Shown here: one piece after another, positions 9,694 to 19,961 of the stretch | How positions within the stretch are numbered: position 1 is the stretch's first letter | How the letters are laid out: every line of letters begins with the position of its first letter | Assembly (NCBI GenBank): GCA_963826715.1 | Contig: CAWGYA010000008.1 | Span: forward strand, 544,001-608,000 | Length of the DNA stretch: 64,000 nucleotides | Direction of reading: 5' to 3' | DNA from: Candidatus Bathyarchaeota archaeon | Lineage (GTDB): Archaea > Thermoproteota > Bathyarchaeia > Bathyarchaeales > Bathycorpusculaceae | Program-made: the position numbers and the translations under genes | Notes under the pieces: generated by a model | Told to the model about the DNA's origin: nothing | The model's input: only the letters and a program-made list of their open reading frames with translations | The model's database searches: none

Positions 9694-11193
9694 CTAATAT
9701 GACCTTGCGAAATAAGCAACTTCTATAGCTGCTTTACCGCACACAAGGCAGCCCGACTGGGGTTTTATCTTCTCAAATGGTAGAACGCGAATGGTTGCTC
9801 CTGTTTCGTCTTTGACTTTCTTTTCGCATTCAGGATTGCCGCACCATACTGCTTTGAGGAAGCCGCCTTTATCTTCAAGCACACTCTTGAACTCATCATA
9901 GCTCTTGACAAAGGTGGTATTGTCTGCGAGTACGGCTTTGGCTTTAGCAAGCATGTTGTCCTGTATTTCCTGTAGCAATTGCTCGACAGTTGTGAGTATG
10001 TCTGCGTCTTTAACAAACGCTTTCTGTCCGGTGTCTCGGCGTACCATTACACATTGGCTGTTTTTGATGTCTCGAGGTCCAATTTCAATACGAAGCGGGA
10101 TTCCTTTGAGTTCCCACTGATGGAATTTCCAACCTGGTGTGTACTCGCCTCGATCGTCGAGAATTACAGTGATGCCTCGAGCTTTGAGGGTCTGCTCAAT
10201 TTCTTTGGTTTTGGTGGCGACGGCTTCTGCTTCTAATCCTTTGAAAGGGATAGGAACAATGACTACCTGTGTTGGCGCCACTTTGGGTGGCATGATTAAG
10301 CCTTTGTCGTCGCCATGCACCATTATCATAGCGCCAATCAACCTTGTGGTAATGCCCCAGCTGGTCTGCCAAACATAATGGTCCTGTTTGTCTTCGCCTA
10401 TGTATTTCACGTCGAAGACTTTAGCGAAGTGTTGACCGAGGTTGTGGCTTGTGCCCATCTGCAGGGCTTTGCCGTCGGGCATAATAGATTCGAGTGCGGT
10501 TGTGTAGAGGGCACCAGCAAACTTTTCGCTCTCACTCTTAGTGCCAACAAGGACTGGGATCGCCAAGTAATTCTCGATAACATCCTTGTACATATTCAGG
10601 GCATACATGACTTCTGCCTTCGCATCCTCGGCTGTCGCGTGGGCCGTGTGGCCTTCCTGCCAGAGGAACTCTCTTGTACGCAAAAAGAGCTTGGTGGCTT
10701 TGGTTTCCCATCGTACGATGTTGCACCATTGATTAATTTTAAGGGGCAAATCTCGCCAACTGCGAATCCACTTGCTAAACATGGCATACATTATGGTTTC
10801 GCTGGTTGGACGCACAGCCAACTTCTCGTCTAGTGGGGTGTCTCCGCCCTGCGTAATCCATGCGACTTCTGGAGTGAACCCCTCGAAGTGCTCAGCTTCT
10901 TTTTTGAGGAACGCTTCAGGGATGAACATGGGGAAGTAGACATTTCGGTGTCCTGAGGCCTTGATTTTTTGGTTGACCACTTCTTGGATTTTCTCCCAAA
11001 CTGCGTAGGCGTCTGGGCGAATAATCATGCACCCTTTGACTGGAGCGTAATCGGCTAATTCTGCTTTGAGGACGACTTCAACGTACCATTCGTTAAAATC
11101 CACGGTTTTTTTAACAGTTACACCAGTATCAGACATTGGACTCTCTTCTTTGCAGTGTATTGCATCTGGATGAATATAAAACCGTAACGCCAA
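9694..11193 (-). CDS. proS: proline--tRNA ligase (archaeal/eukaryal type)
   Basis: RPTSET, LRTREFLWQEGHTAH, QTSWG, C-terminal YFARSY. True start probably ~11136. Confidence 0.97.
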   Translation of the reverse strand: MALRFYIHPDAIHCKEESPMSDTGVTVKKTVDFNEWYVEVVLKAELADYAPVKGCMIIRPDAYAVWEKIQEVVNQKIKASGHRNVYFPMFIPEAFLKKEAEHFEGFTPEVAWITQGGDTPLDEKLAVRPTSETIMYAMFSKWIRSWRDLPLKINQWCNIVRWETKATKLFLRTREFLWQEGHTAHATAEDAKAEVMYALNMYKDVIENYLAIPVLVGTKSESEKFAGALYTTALESIMPDGKALQMGTSHNLGQHFAKVFDVKYIGEDKQDHYVWQTSWGITTRLIGAMIMVHGDDKGLIMPPKVAPTQVVIVPIPFKGLEAEAVATKTKEIEQTLKARGITVILDDRGEYTPGWKFHQWELKGIPLRIEIGPRDIKNSQCVMVRRDTGQKAFVKDADILTTVEQLLQEIQDNMLAKAKAVLADNTTFVKSYDEFKSVLEDKGGFLKAVWCGNPECEKKVKDETGATIRVLPFEKIKPQSGCLVCGKAAIEVAYFARSY

Positions 11194-11591
11194 CGAAATA
11201 GCTCTTAATTTCGATCCTTTGTCTTTTGCTTAAGAAAGGGGGTCTCTGTGAGAACTACAAACTCTTTTAGGGTATGTTCTGCTTGTGGTTGTTGCCTCAA
11301 TCAGCCTGCAAACCAAAAACCCGACGCAGAACCAAAAAAAGCCAAGTGCTACCAAATCCGCTGGTTGTCGTTATGCATTGGAACTTCTCGGCAACAACAA
11401 ATGTAAAAAACAAGAAAGAACAGTTAAACCCTTTACTTGAGCGTTTTTTTGGGGTAGTCTTTGCATTCGTAGATGCGCAGTTGCCGTTGGGGTTCGATAC
11501 GGCAGCGTTTACGCGAGTTTCTTCTGCGCAGAATAGGTGGAAGTTGAAAGAAGGGGCATTTGGAACAGAGTGTACTCATTTTCTGTTTCTC

Positions 11592-12797
11592 CTACCTTGT
11601 CATCATCCGTTTGAACACTGGCAATGCAATGGCTATCATGACGATACCGAACACGATGAGGATTATGAGTTCATTAGCTATTTGAGGTATGCCTGCGCCC
11701 AGCACCATAACTTTTCGTAGAGCACTGGATGCATAGGTTAGTGGCAGGAATTGACTGATGGTCTGCATATACCATGGCATCTGCTGTATAGGGAAGAATA
11801 CCCCGCTCAGGAACATCATCGGGAACATCAAAGTCATCATCAGCATCTGCGCAGTTTCCTGGTCTTTGGTAAACGAAGTTATGACTATCCCTAAGCCCAC
11901 GAAGCTAAACACGCCCAACAGCAGCAACGCAAATACGAGCAGTATGCTGCCTTGTATAGCAACTCCAAATATGCCAATAGCTAGCGCCAAGATTATTACA
12001 CCTTGTATCAAACCTCTACCAGTCTGAGCCAGAGTCTTACCCAGCAGAATTGAGAGCCGATTCACAGGTGCGACCATCATGCCGTCCATCGTGCCGATTT
12101 CTTTCTCCTGTGAAATCGCAACAGGCAAACCAGTCATGACGCTCATCATAACAGTCATAGCCATGATGCCTGGAGCAATGAAGTCAAAGTAGCTCGGACT
12201 GCCTGCAACTACGCCTTGGGTTTGAACGTTGTAGGGTTTCACTATTGCTAATGAGGTTGATGCGTTAAGCGCCGGATTGGCTGCCTGAAGTTGCTGTTGA
12301 GCCTGCATTGTTCCCATACTGTCAAAAACGCTCTCCAATACGCCTTGAATCATTTGGGCTATCTGTGGATTAGAATCGTCCGTTACAATAATTATGGTTC
12401 CCTGCCGACCACTAAATACGGATTCGCTGAAGTTTCTGGGAATCACTATTCCGCCACCGAGTTCGCCCCTTTGTACCATGTCCTTAACTTCAGCCAAGCT
12501 TGAAGCATCCGTAAGAGTCATCATACCGGTTTGATTATTAAGACCCTGGAATATGGTGATGAACGTTTGGCTGGGAAGAGTAGAATTATGAAAACCAACA
12601 TCCTCATTAACTATCGCAATTGGCGAGTTGATGCTGGCACCACTAGATGGGTAAATGAAGCCCACCATAACCATCATGAACAGTGGCATCACTATAAGTA
12701 AGACTAAGCCCAGTCGATTACGGAAAAGTTCAATGAGGTCCTTCTGAGCGATGCGAAGACTATGTTTAAGAATAGTTTGTGCAGTCATTTTTATCAC
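11592..12797 (-). CDS. ABC-2 type exporter permease
   Basis: 6 TM with a large extracellular loop, EKEIGT, FLSGVFFP, PLTY motifs. Confidence 0.9.
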   Translation of the reverse strand: MIKMTAQTILKHSLRIAQKDLIELFRNRLGLVLLIVMPLFMMVMVGFIYPSSGASINSPIAIVNEDVGFHNSTLPSQTFITIFQGLNNQTGMMTLTDASSLAEVKDMVQRGELGGGIVIPRNFSESVFSGRQGTIIIVTDDSNPQIAQMIQGVLESVFDSMGTMQAQQQLQAANPALNASTSLAIVKPYNVQTQGVVAGSPSYFDFIAPGIMAMTVMMSVMTGLPVAISQEKEIGTMDGMMVAPVNRLSILLGKTLAQTGRGLIQGVIILALAIGIFGVAIQGSILLVFALLLLGVFSFVGLGIVITSFTKDQETAQMLMMTLMFPMMFLSGVFFPIQQMPWYMQTISQFLPLTYASSALRKVMVLGAGIPQIANELIILIVFGIVMIAIALPVFKRMMTR

Positions 12798-13891
12798 CTA
12801 ACTCTCCTTTGCGCACCACCGAATCTCCGGTCTGGTCCATGTTCCTGCTTGATTTTCTGGTCTGCACTGTCTCTAACTTCATGCCCTGTAATATGCAGAA
12901 ACACATCTTCAAGGCTGGGCTGCAGATTCGCCATCGAAGTTATCTTGCCGTTTTTCTTTCTAACAACATCAATAATGGAGTCAAAAGCTTCTTCACCGTG
13001 GACAATTACGTGAAGTTGAGTGGAGTTTTCTTGGGTTGCAGCGTCTACACATTCAAGCGTTTTTATCGATGCTGCCATATCAGGGGTTAGATTTGCAATT
13101 TCCAGTTTAATTATCATTGTATCAGCTCCAGAAATAATCTTCTTCAAATTAGTCGAGGTGTCTAAAGCTATTATTTTACCGTGATCAACAATGGCTATGC
13201 GGTCACACAATAAATCTGCATCAAGCATCATATGTGTCGTTATGATGACTGTGGTTCCTTGTTCTTGATTTAGTTTTCTTACAAACTCTCGGATTTCCAC
13301 CGACGATTGTGGATCTAAGCCTAAAGTGGGTTCATCTAAAAAGAGAACCTGTGGCATGTTAAGCAGGGCACGTACAACGTTCATTCTTTGGCGCATACCC
13401 GTTGAGAAGGTACCCACTTGGACTTTCTTCCATTTTGTTAGGTTAACGAGTTCTAGTAACTCGTCAATTCTTTTTGATAGAGTATCTTTTGGGATGTTGA
13501 AGAGACTGCCGAAGAACCGCAGGTTCTCCTCTGCTGTTAAACGGTTGTAGATTATCATTTTTTCAGAGACGATGCCGATTAATTTTCGGACGTCCATATC
13601 ATGTTTAACGGTATCAAAACCGCCGATGATGGCTGTGCCCTTGGTTGGTCTTGATAGGGTGGAGAGCATGCGTAGCGTGGTACTTTTGCCTGCGCCGTTG
13701 GGTCCTAAAAGACCGAAGATTTCGCCTTTCTTGACGCTAAAGGAGATGTCATCAACGGCGGTGAATTTGCCGAAGGTCTTCGTTAGATTTTTTACTTCAA
13801 TTATGCTACCATTATCCATTATAGAGACCATCTTTTCAATAGTATTGACTCCAATATATTGCGGCAAAATATAAGTATTACTTACAAACAT
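12794..13891 (-). CDS. ABC exporter ATP-binding subunit (DrrA-like)
   Basis: GPNGAGKST, FSTGMRQR, LFLDEPT, SLEDVFL. True start probably ~13832 or ~13817. Confidence 0.93.
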   Translation of the reverse strand: MFVSNTYILPQYIGVNTIEKMVSIMDNGSIIEVKNLTKTFGKFTAVDDISFSVKKGEIFGLLGPNGAGKSTTLRMLSTLSRPTKGTAIIGGFDTVKHDMDVRKLIGIVSEKMIIYNRLTAEENLRFFGSLFNIPKDTLSKRIDELLELVNLTKWKKVQVGTFSTGMRQRMNVVRALLNMPQVLFLDEPTLGLDPQSSVEIREFVRKLNQEQGTTVIITTHMMLDADLLCDRIAIVDHGKIIALDTSTNLKKIISGADTMIIKLEIANLTPDMAASIKTLECVDAATQENSTQLHVIVHGEEAFDSIIDVVRKKNGKITSMANLQPSLEDVFLHITGHEVRDSADQKIKQEHGPDRRFGGAQRRVR

Positions 13892-14494
13892 TATACAAAA
13901 GACTCTTTAATGAAACCCGAAATTGAAGATGAAACAACACAGAACTGGCTTAAAGAAGCTCAAAAAGGTTACATCCGTATGGGAGTCCTCATCCTCATCA
14001 ACAAAAAACCATCCCACGGCTACGAACTAATGAAAGAGATCAACAACCGAACCAAAGGTTTTTGGCAACCGACCCCCGGAGGAATATACCCTATCCTCCG
14101 CGACTTAGAAAAATCGTCCTACATCAAAGGCGATTGGCAAACCCAAAAGAACCGCCGACTAAAAGTTTATAAGATAACTACTTCAGGCAATGCAATCCTG
14201 AAACGAGCAATACTTAAGCAAACAGAAATCTTCGATACCATCAGCACTCTCTTCCATGAATTCGCCCGAGATGTCTTAAATGTAGAAGATGAAAACATAC
14301 CCATACCTCCGTCGCCATTTAGACCTTTTCTAGAAGAAAAAACAAGTCACCAAACCCTCGTACACTTGGAGCACGAAAGAAAAAAAGCTGTAGAATCATT
14401 CAAATCCATCAGAGAACGACTAAGAAAAATCAATGAACAAATTGAAGAAATCAAAAAACAAACCCGAATTAACTCGCAAGAACCTCCCAAATAA
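13859..14494 (+). CDS. PadR-family transcriptional regulator
   Basis: HGYELMK, PGGIYPIL, KVYKIT..G. Divergent from the ABC exporter; start probably 13910. Confidence 0.9.
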   Translation: MRQNISITYKHYTKDSLMKPEIEDETTQNWLKEAQKGYIRMGVLILINKKPSHGYELMKEINNRTKGFWQPTPGGIYPILRDLEKSSYIKGDWQTQKNRRLKVYKITTSGNAILKRAILKQTEIFDTISTLFHEFARDVLNVEDENIPIPPSPFRPFLEEKTSHQTLVHLEHERKKAVESFKSIRERLRKINEQIEEIKKQTRINSQEPPK

Positions 14495-14566
14495 TTCTGC
14501 GAGACAAATCACTCCCATTTTTGTGTAAATGGTTTAAATCTGTGAGCTACCTAACATTAAGCAAGT

Positions 14567-14899
14567 GTGAATCATATGTTCCGCATTAGAGTCAACAAAA
14601 TTGAATCCACCCGAGACTTGGACGGAAACCTCGGAAAAAAAATAGAGCTCCTCGAAGAACGTGAAGTCAACCCATACATTGTAAGACCTCAGTCCGACGA
14701 AGCAAAAATGGCACAGGACATCATGCAAGCACTTCAAACTCAGATGCCGTTTTTACCTCAACGCCAACAGATGGCCACCCCGAAAATTATTCTTTTCTTA
14801 ACCGAGCATGAATACGATAGTTTAGACATAAACTTTGATGTTAATCAAGTGTATGAGGTTATCCTTGAGAACCAAACGATTCGCTTCAGGAAAGTTTAA
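14567..14899 (+). CDS. arcadin-1-like protein
   Basis: Pattern RIRVNKI..RDLDGNLGKKIELLEE and PKIILFLTE.EY......DV...YEV.LEN..I resembles Pyrobaculum arcadin-1 (recalled similarity, not searched). Confidence 0.6.
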   Translation: MNHMFRIRVNKIESTRDLDGNLGKKIELLEEREVNPYIVRPQSDEAKMAQDIMQALQTQMPFLPQRQQMATPKIILFLTEHEYDSLDINFDVNQVYEVILENQTIRFRKV

Positions 14900-15221
14900 T
14901 CAACTCATTTCGAATCTGTCGCAGCCCTAAACATTTTGGATGAAATGAGAGAACAAACATCATGTTACTCAAGGAGCGGCATATTTCGTCTAACCCAGAA
15001 ATTTTTCCTTCGTCACAATAGAGCGGTATTGGCTCTTCACCCTTTTCTCTATAATAAACGTAAATAGGGGAGGCTTTCTCCTCGAAGCAGACGATTTCAA
15101 AATCCAAGTTTAGGCGCTTTGCAGCTTGTTCAGCTGCCACTTTTACTGAATCAAGCCGTTTTTTGCTTAAAATCCTTACTGAAGTGTAAACCATCAATTT
15201 CCCTGAATTAGCTTTGAGCAT
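14886..15221 (-). CDS. hypothetical protein
   Basis: 111-aa ORF filling the gap, with an upstream GGTG RBS-like sequence. Confidence 0.6.
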   Translation of the reverse strand: MLKANSGKLMVYTSVRILSKKRLDSVKVAAEQAAKRLNLDFEIVCFEEKASPIYVYYREKGEEPIPLYCDEGKISGLDEICRSLSNMMFVLSFHPKCLGLRQIRNELIKLS

Positions 15222-15389
15222 AACATTCTCACCAAAGTACCGATTTTGTGGAAAACTCTTTTAAGGTGAACCCAAAATCGACCGTTCAAAGAAGCGGAGA
15301 GGTAGCTGAAAGTAAAGCGTTAGTGGCTGTTCATAAGCTACCACAACTACTTAAATTAAGCTTTTACAAAAAGATTTCACAGTGAGAAA

Positions 15390-15851
15390 ATGGAGAATCA
15401 ACAATGGCAACCCCCGCAATGGTGGTATCTAACCGAACGTCCATCAAGCGATAGCGCCTACTTTGAGAATATGTGTCGTGTTATTTTTCAAACGGGCTTA
15501 AACTGGAAGGTAATCGATAAGAAGTGGCCAAACATCAGGGAGGCTTTTGTGAATTTTAATGTAGAAAAAATCGCATATTTCACTGATGAAGACGTGGATA
15601 GACTTCTCAAAAACGAAGACATAATTAGAAACAAAGGAAAAATAAAAGCCATAAAACAGAATGCTCGAAACTTTTTATCTATCCGAAACCGCTTTGGGTC
15701 CTTCCAGAAATACCTCGACATCCAAGACAAAACCGACAATTATGTCCATGTAATTAAGGATTTGGTTAACAAATTCAAGTGGATAGGACCTTCTTCCGCG
15801 AGTCTTTTTCTCTACACAGTAGGAGAACCAATTGAGGTTAGGGAACCTTAA
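15390..15851 (+). CDS. tag: DNA-3-methyladenine glycosylase I family protein
   Basis: FQTGLNW, IIRNKGKIKA, FKWIGP. Confidence 0.88.
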   Translation: MENQQWQPPQWWYLTERPSSDSAYFENMCRVIFQTGLNWKVIDKKWPNIREAFVNFNVEKIAYFTDEDVDRLLKNEDIIRNKGKIKAIKQNARNFLSIRNRFGSFQKYLDIQDKTDNYVHVIKDLVNKFKWIGPSSASLFLYTVGEPIEVREP

Positions 15852-15879
15852 TAAACCAATCTCTACCGAAATTTAACTT

Positions 15880-16179
15880 ATGGCAAAAACCAGATCTCAT
15901 GTATACGTTTCGGGTAGAGTTCAGGGTGTATACTTTAGGCAACATGTCAAGAAACAAGCACTAATTCAAGGTGTTACAGGGTGGGTACGTAACCTTGATG
16001 ATGGAAGGATGGAAGCGGTTTTTGAAGGCGAAGGATCTGCGGTGTTGGCGATGGTGAATTATGTCCGCCATGGACCAAAGGGATCTCAAATAACTAATTT
16101 TTCGGTAGAGTGGGAGACGTTTAAGGATGAATATCAAAGTTTCAAGGTGGTTTATAGAGAAGCTTCAGGGTTAAATTAA
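15880..16179 (+). CDS. acyP: acylphosphatase
   Basis: SGRVQGVYFR, GWVRNLDDG, GP motif. Confidence 0.95.
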   Translation: MAKTRSHVYVSGRVQGVYFRQHVKKQALIQGVTGWVRNLDDGRMEAVFEGEGSAVLAMVNYVRHGPKGSQITNFSVEWETFKDEYQSFKVVYREASGLN

Positions 16180-16199
16180 AATTTAAACCAGACCATGAT

Positions 16200-16743
16200 T
16201 TGCATATGAATATTCTTGGTTTGGTCGGGAGCCCTCGAAAAGAAAGCAACACAGACCTATTAGTTAGCGCAATACTTGCAGGTGCTGCCGATAACAAGCA
16301 TGAAATAGAAAAATTATTCCTCTACAACTGGGACATTGAACCATGTGTGGATTGCGGGGTATGCAAAAAAACTCATAATCAATGTACAATAAAAAGATAG
16401 TATGCAAACGCTCTATCCTAAACTTGAACGAGCAGATATCATAGTTTTTGGGACTCCTCTCTACTGGTATGGTCCCTCGGCAAAAATGAAGCTGCTAATC
16501 GATAGATTGCGACCATTTGTAGCATCAAAAAAATTGGAGGGCAAAAAAGCTATTTTAGTAATCCCATCTGAGGAAGGAGCAGACGTCTGCAAGCTCACAG
16601 TAGGTATGTTCAATTTGTCGTGCAAGTATTTGCACATTGATTTATTAGGAGTTATGCTACCGAAGGCTTCTGAGAAGGCCGAAGTTAAAACCCAACCACA
16701 AATACTAAATGAAGCAGTGGCAATTGGCAAAAACATCACATAA
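16200..16743 (+). pseudogene. flavodoxin-fold iron-sulfur flavoprotein, split by a +1 frameshift
   Basis: GSPRKESNT, CVDCGVC....C in ORF1, continuing as MQTLYP...GTPLYWY in ORF2. Removing one A from the run at 16391-16395 gives CTIKDSMQ and fuses them. Confidence 0.85.
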
Positions 16744-16750
16744 AGCACTG

Positions 16751-17206
16751 CTAAGCTTTTTTCTTGGGTACACGGAAGTGACTGTCTTTGCCTGCACTTA
16801 TATACTCCCCACCCATACCGCGGACTGCTGAAGCGATTTTGGCGAAATTTTCGCTGCCGAGAAATTGTTTAGGTCTTATCAAAATATAGTCACCTTTTTC
16901 TTCAAAGCCCAAGCGTGCTTCAAGTTCTTCAGGGAAGGACATGCGGATGTCGTCGAGCGAGCGTAATTTTGAGCCTGCAAGCGGAATAGAAACTGTCGTC
17001 GATATTGCTGGAGCCCTCAGTGGACTCGGAGCCGGTTTGGGCTTAGTGATTTCCCCAACCGCCAGAGATTTCAATGAAGCAGAAACCGAACGAAGCTCCT
17101 CAGAAACCTTAGCTAGTGTAACTGTGATTTCTTCAACGCGCTGCAAAAGTTGATTCAGTTTATCACTATCGGTACTCAGATGCACTCCCTCTCGAACTCC
17201 TAACAC
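16751..17206 (-). CDS. hypothetical protein
   Basis: Coiled-coil N-terminus and compact C-terminal domain (FLGSENFAKIA...GGEYIS.GK.SHFR). Confidence 0.7.
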   Translation of the reverse strand: MLGVREGVHLSTDSDKLNQLLQRVEEITVTLAKVSEELRSVSASLKSLAVGEITKPKPAPSPLRAPAISTTVSIPLAGSKLRSLDDIRMSFPEELEARLGFEEKGDYILIRPKQFLGSENFAKIASAVRGMGGEYISAGKDSHFRVPKKKA

Positions 17207-17371
17207 CTCGATGCTTATTACTTTTTTCTAGGACAGTATATACGGGGGAACCCTGTAAACAACAGTCGCCACGGGCTTATAACAAAGTTAATTTTCTTTG
17301 CTTCAGACGACAAATTGGGTTGCAGAATAATTGCTGACAACCTCACGATCGCTTAATCTAGTTTTTTAACC

Positions 17372-18430
17372 TTGACTGGACATAGAGGCAAGTATATGAT
17401 TGAAATCGACGGAAGCCAAAAAAGTGGAAGCGGAACCATACTACGCTTAGCCATAGCATTATCCGCAATCAAGGGACAACCACTACACATAACCAACATC
17501 CGACAGAACCGACCCCACCCGGGACTTAAGCATCAACATCTGGAGGCTGTTATAACGGCGGCTAAGCTTTGCAATGCAGAATTAAAAGGTGCCACTTTGG
17601 GTTCACGAGAACTTTATTTTTCACCACATGAGATAGAAGGCGGCAAAATCGAGGCGGTCATCGAAACTGCTGGAAGTATCCCCATGCTTCTAATGGCAAC
17701 GCTCCCAATTTGTCTATTCGCAAAAGCGCCGGTAAGGATACATATAGCAAAAGGCGGAACCGACACCATACACGCACCCACTATTAACTACTTGCGAAAC
17801 GTGCTTCTGCCAACCATTGCAAAAATGGGTGTAGAAGCAGAAATCATCGTTCAAAAATACGGCTACTACCCAAAAGGCATGGGTGAAGCAACCCTAACTG
17901 TTAAGCCCACTTCTATCTTGAAACCCATAGTTCTTGAAAGCTTCGGCAGACTCAGGTACATAAGGGGAGTTTCCATCTGTACTTTTCTGTCTGACCGACA
18001 AGTGGCTGAGAGACAAGCCAAAGCAGCATATAATTTTTTGGCTCAAAATGGTTTCAAAGCCGAAATCCAAGTCATAAACGACAAATCAAACCCAATCCAA
18101 AAAGGCAGCACCATAGTACTTTGGGCAGAAACCGACACCTCACTTGTCATAGGTTCCGATTCCATTGGGCAACTGAGAAAAATGTCGGAGAATGTTGGAA
18201 AAGAAGCCGCCCAAGCCCTTGTCAATGAACTCCGGGCTGAAGCAACTGTCGATGTATTCCTCTCGGATATGCTCATTCCCTACATTGCCCTTTGCGAGGG
18301 CAAATCAGCCTTCCTAACCCGAACAATAAGCGAACACACTGAATCCAACATTTGGCTGGTGGAGAAAATGTTAAACGTTAAATTCAATATCAGCAAAGTA
18401 AACAATCTCTATCAGATAGAAAAAAGCTGA
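17372..18430 (+). CDS. rtcA: RNA 3'-terminal phosphate cyclase
   Basis: IEIDGS..SGSGTILR, NIRQNRP.PGL..QH, GGTD, GYYPKG.G, HTESN. Start probably 17396. Confidence 0.95.
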   Translation: MTGHRGKYMIEIDGSQKSGSGTILRLAIALSAIKGQPLHITNIRQNRPHPGLKHQHLEAVITAAKLCNAELKGATLGSRELYFSPHEIEGGKIEAVIETAGSIPMLLMATLPICLFAKAPVRIHIAKGGTDTIHAPTINYLRNVLLPTIAKMGVEAEIIVQKYGYYPKGMGEATLTVKPTSILKPIVLESFGRLRYIRGVSICTFLSDRQVAERQAKAAYNFLAQNGFKAEIQVINDKSNPIQKGSTIVLWAETDTSLVIGSDSIGQLRKMSENVGKEAAQALVNELRAEATVDVFLSDMLIPYIALCEGKSAFLTRTISEHTESNIWLVEKMLNVKFNISKVNNLYQIEKS

Positions 18431-18436
18431 AAACTC

Positions 18437-19507
18437 ATGCCTAGACCATCTATTTGCATCAAGATCTCTAAATATCAGGGTGAAAAAACCATAACCTTAG
18501 CGACGAAATTGGGGCTAGCTGATAAATCGCTAGTCATCCAGCGGGAAGAAGACAAACTAATCATCCCGCTAGTTAGGGAGCCACAAGGCATCGAATTAGC
18601 GACCTTAAAAAGTCAGGTACCTACATTTGTATTGAATACCGCAGTCTTCAGCGAAAAGGAACTCCCCCCAGAAACTCTAACCCGAGCACTTCAAGACAAA
18701 CTCCCAGCTGATTTGCTTGCTATTGTTCCTCAAGCATTCGACATTATAGGGGACATAGTTGTAATCGATATTCCACTCAAACTCAAACCTCACAAGAGGT
18801 TAATCGGCGAGGCAATTTTACAAACCCAAAAGAACGTCAGAACAGTTCTTGCCAAAGCTGGTGACATAAGCGGCACTTTTCGTATCCGTAATTATGAATT
18901 AATTGCGGGCGAGCAAAAAACCCGGACTATTCACCGCGAATTTGGCTGTACTTACTATGTGGATGTTGCAAAAGCCTATTTTTCGCCTCGCCTTAGTCAC
19001 GAGCATGACCGTGTAGCGTCACTGGTTCAGGAGGGTGAGGTTGTAGCAGATTTTTTTGCGGGAGTTGGTCCGTTCTCAGTGCTTATAGGCAAAAAGTGCC
19101 CTAAGGCGAAGGTTTTCGCTGTAGACCTTAACCCCGACGCGGTGGAGTTGCTCAAGATTAATGTGAGGATTAACAGGGTGGAAAATAGAGTGATACCAGT
19201 TCTCGGGAACGCTAGAGAAATCGCCGCTGGAAAACTCAAAGGATCAGCCGATCGAGTTATAATGAATCTGCCTGAAACTGCCATCGATTTTGTAGATGCT
19301 GCCTGCAACGGAATCAAGCCGATTGGTGGCGTAGTACATTTTTATGGATTCGTGCGTTCACCTGATTCGTTAGAGAACTTGAAGCAGTGCTTCATAGAGG
19401 GAGTGGAGAGCAACGGCAGAAAAATTCAAGCTTTTCTATACGCTAAGAAAATCAGGGAAACTGCACCTTTTGAGTCGCAGATTGTAATAGACGCCAAAAT
19501 TCAGTAA
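18437..19507 (+). CDS. trm5: Trm5/Met-10+ family tRNA methyltransferase
   Basis: FDIIGDI, YFSPRL, DFFAGVGPF, DRVIMNLP. Confidence 0.88.
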   Translation: MPRPSICIKISKYQGEKTITLATKLGLADKSLVIQREEDKLIIPLVREPQGIELATLKSQVPTFVLNTAVFSEKELPPETLTRALQDKLPADLLAIVPQAFDIIGDIVVIDIPLKLKPHKRLIGEAILQTQKNVRTVLAKAGDISGTFRIRNYELIAGEQKTRTIHREFGCTYYVDVAKAYFSPRLSHEHDRVASLVQEGEVVADFFAGVGPFSVLIGKKCPKAKVFAVDLNPDAVELLKINVRINRVENRVIPVLGNAREIAAGKLKGSADRVIMNLPETAIDFVDAACNGIKPIGGVVHFYGFVRSPDSLENLKQCFIEGVESNGRKIQAFLYAKKIRETAPFESQIVIDAKIQ

Positions 19508-19529
19508 ACTGCAGGTATTTTGTTATCGT

Positions 19530-19961
19530 TTAGACTTCCACGATTAAAGTTAAGGTGACCTGTTGTTCTGGGTTTTTTAGTTTTTCCACCACTATTTTTG
19601 ATAGGTCACCGGATGATTTGTCAGCTTTTACGGCTAAAGTTCTATCTGAAATAAACTCGCTTTTTCGTATCACCAAATCGTTTGGATGGTTTAGCACCAG
19701 TTCCGGAGAACCAAAAGCGTTTATTTGCCCCGTTAAACCATCCACTTCGAGTTCGATAGTTAATTTAGCGTTTGGTTGCCGCAGAGCATGCTTGAATTCT
19801 GCGCTTAAATCAGCCACTGCTTTGTCCGCATCTACCGCTACAACGCAGTCGCCCCTTTTTGTTACCTGCCGCTCTTTGGTAATCATAATAGTGGTTGGGT
19901 GACTTGACCGAATGTTCGGGTGCCCAAATGCATGAATCACTTCAACTATTTTTTTGGGCAC
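19530..19961 (-). CDS. DUF371 family protein
   Basis: GHPNI...HPTT..IT.E....RGDC, VIRKS.F...RT. Confidence 0.88.
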   Translation of the reverse strand: MPKKIVEVIHAFGHPNIRSSHPTTIMITKERQVTKRGDCVVAVDADKAVADLSAEFKHALRQPNAKLTIELEVDGLTGQINAFGSPELVLNHPNDLVIRKSEFISDRTLAVKADKSSGDLSKIVVEKLKNPEQQVTLTLIVEV

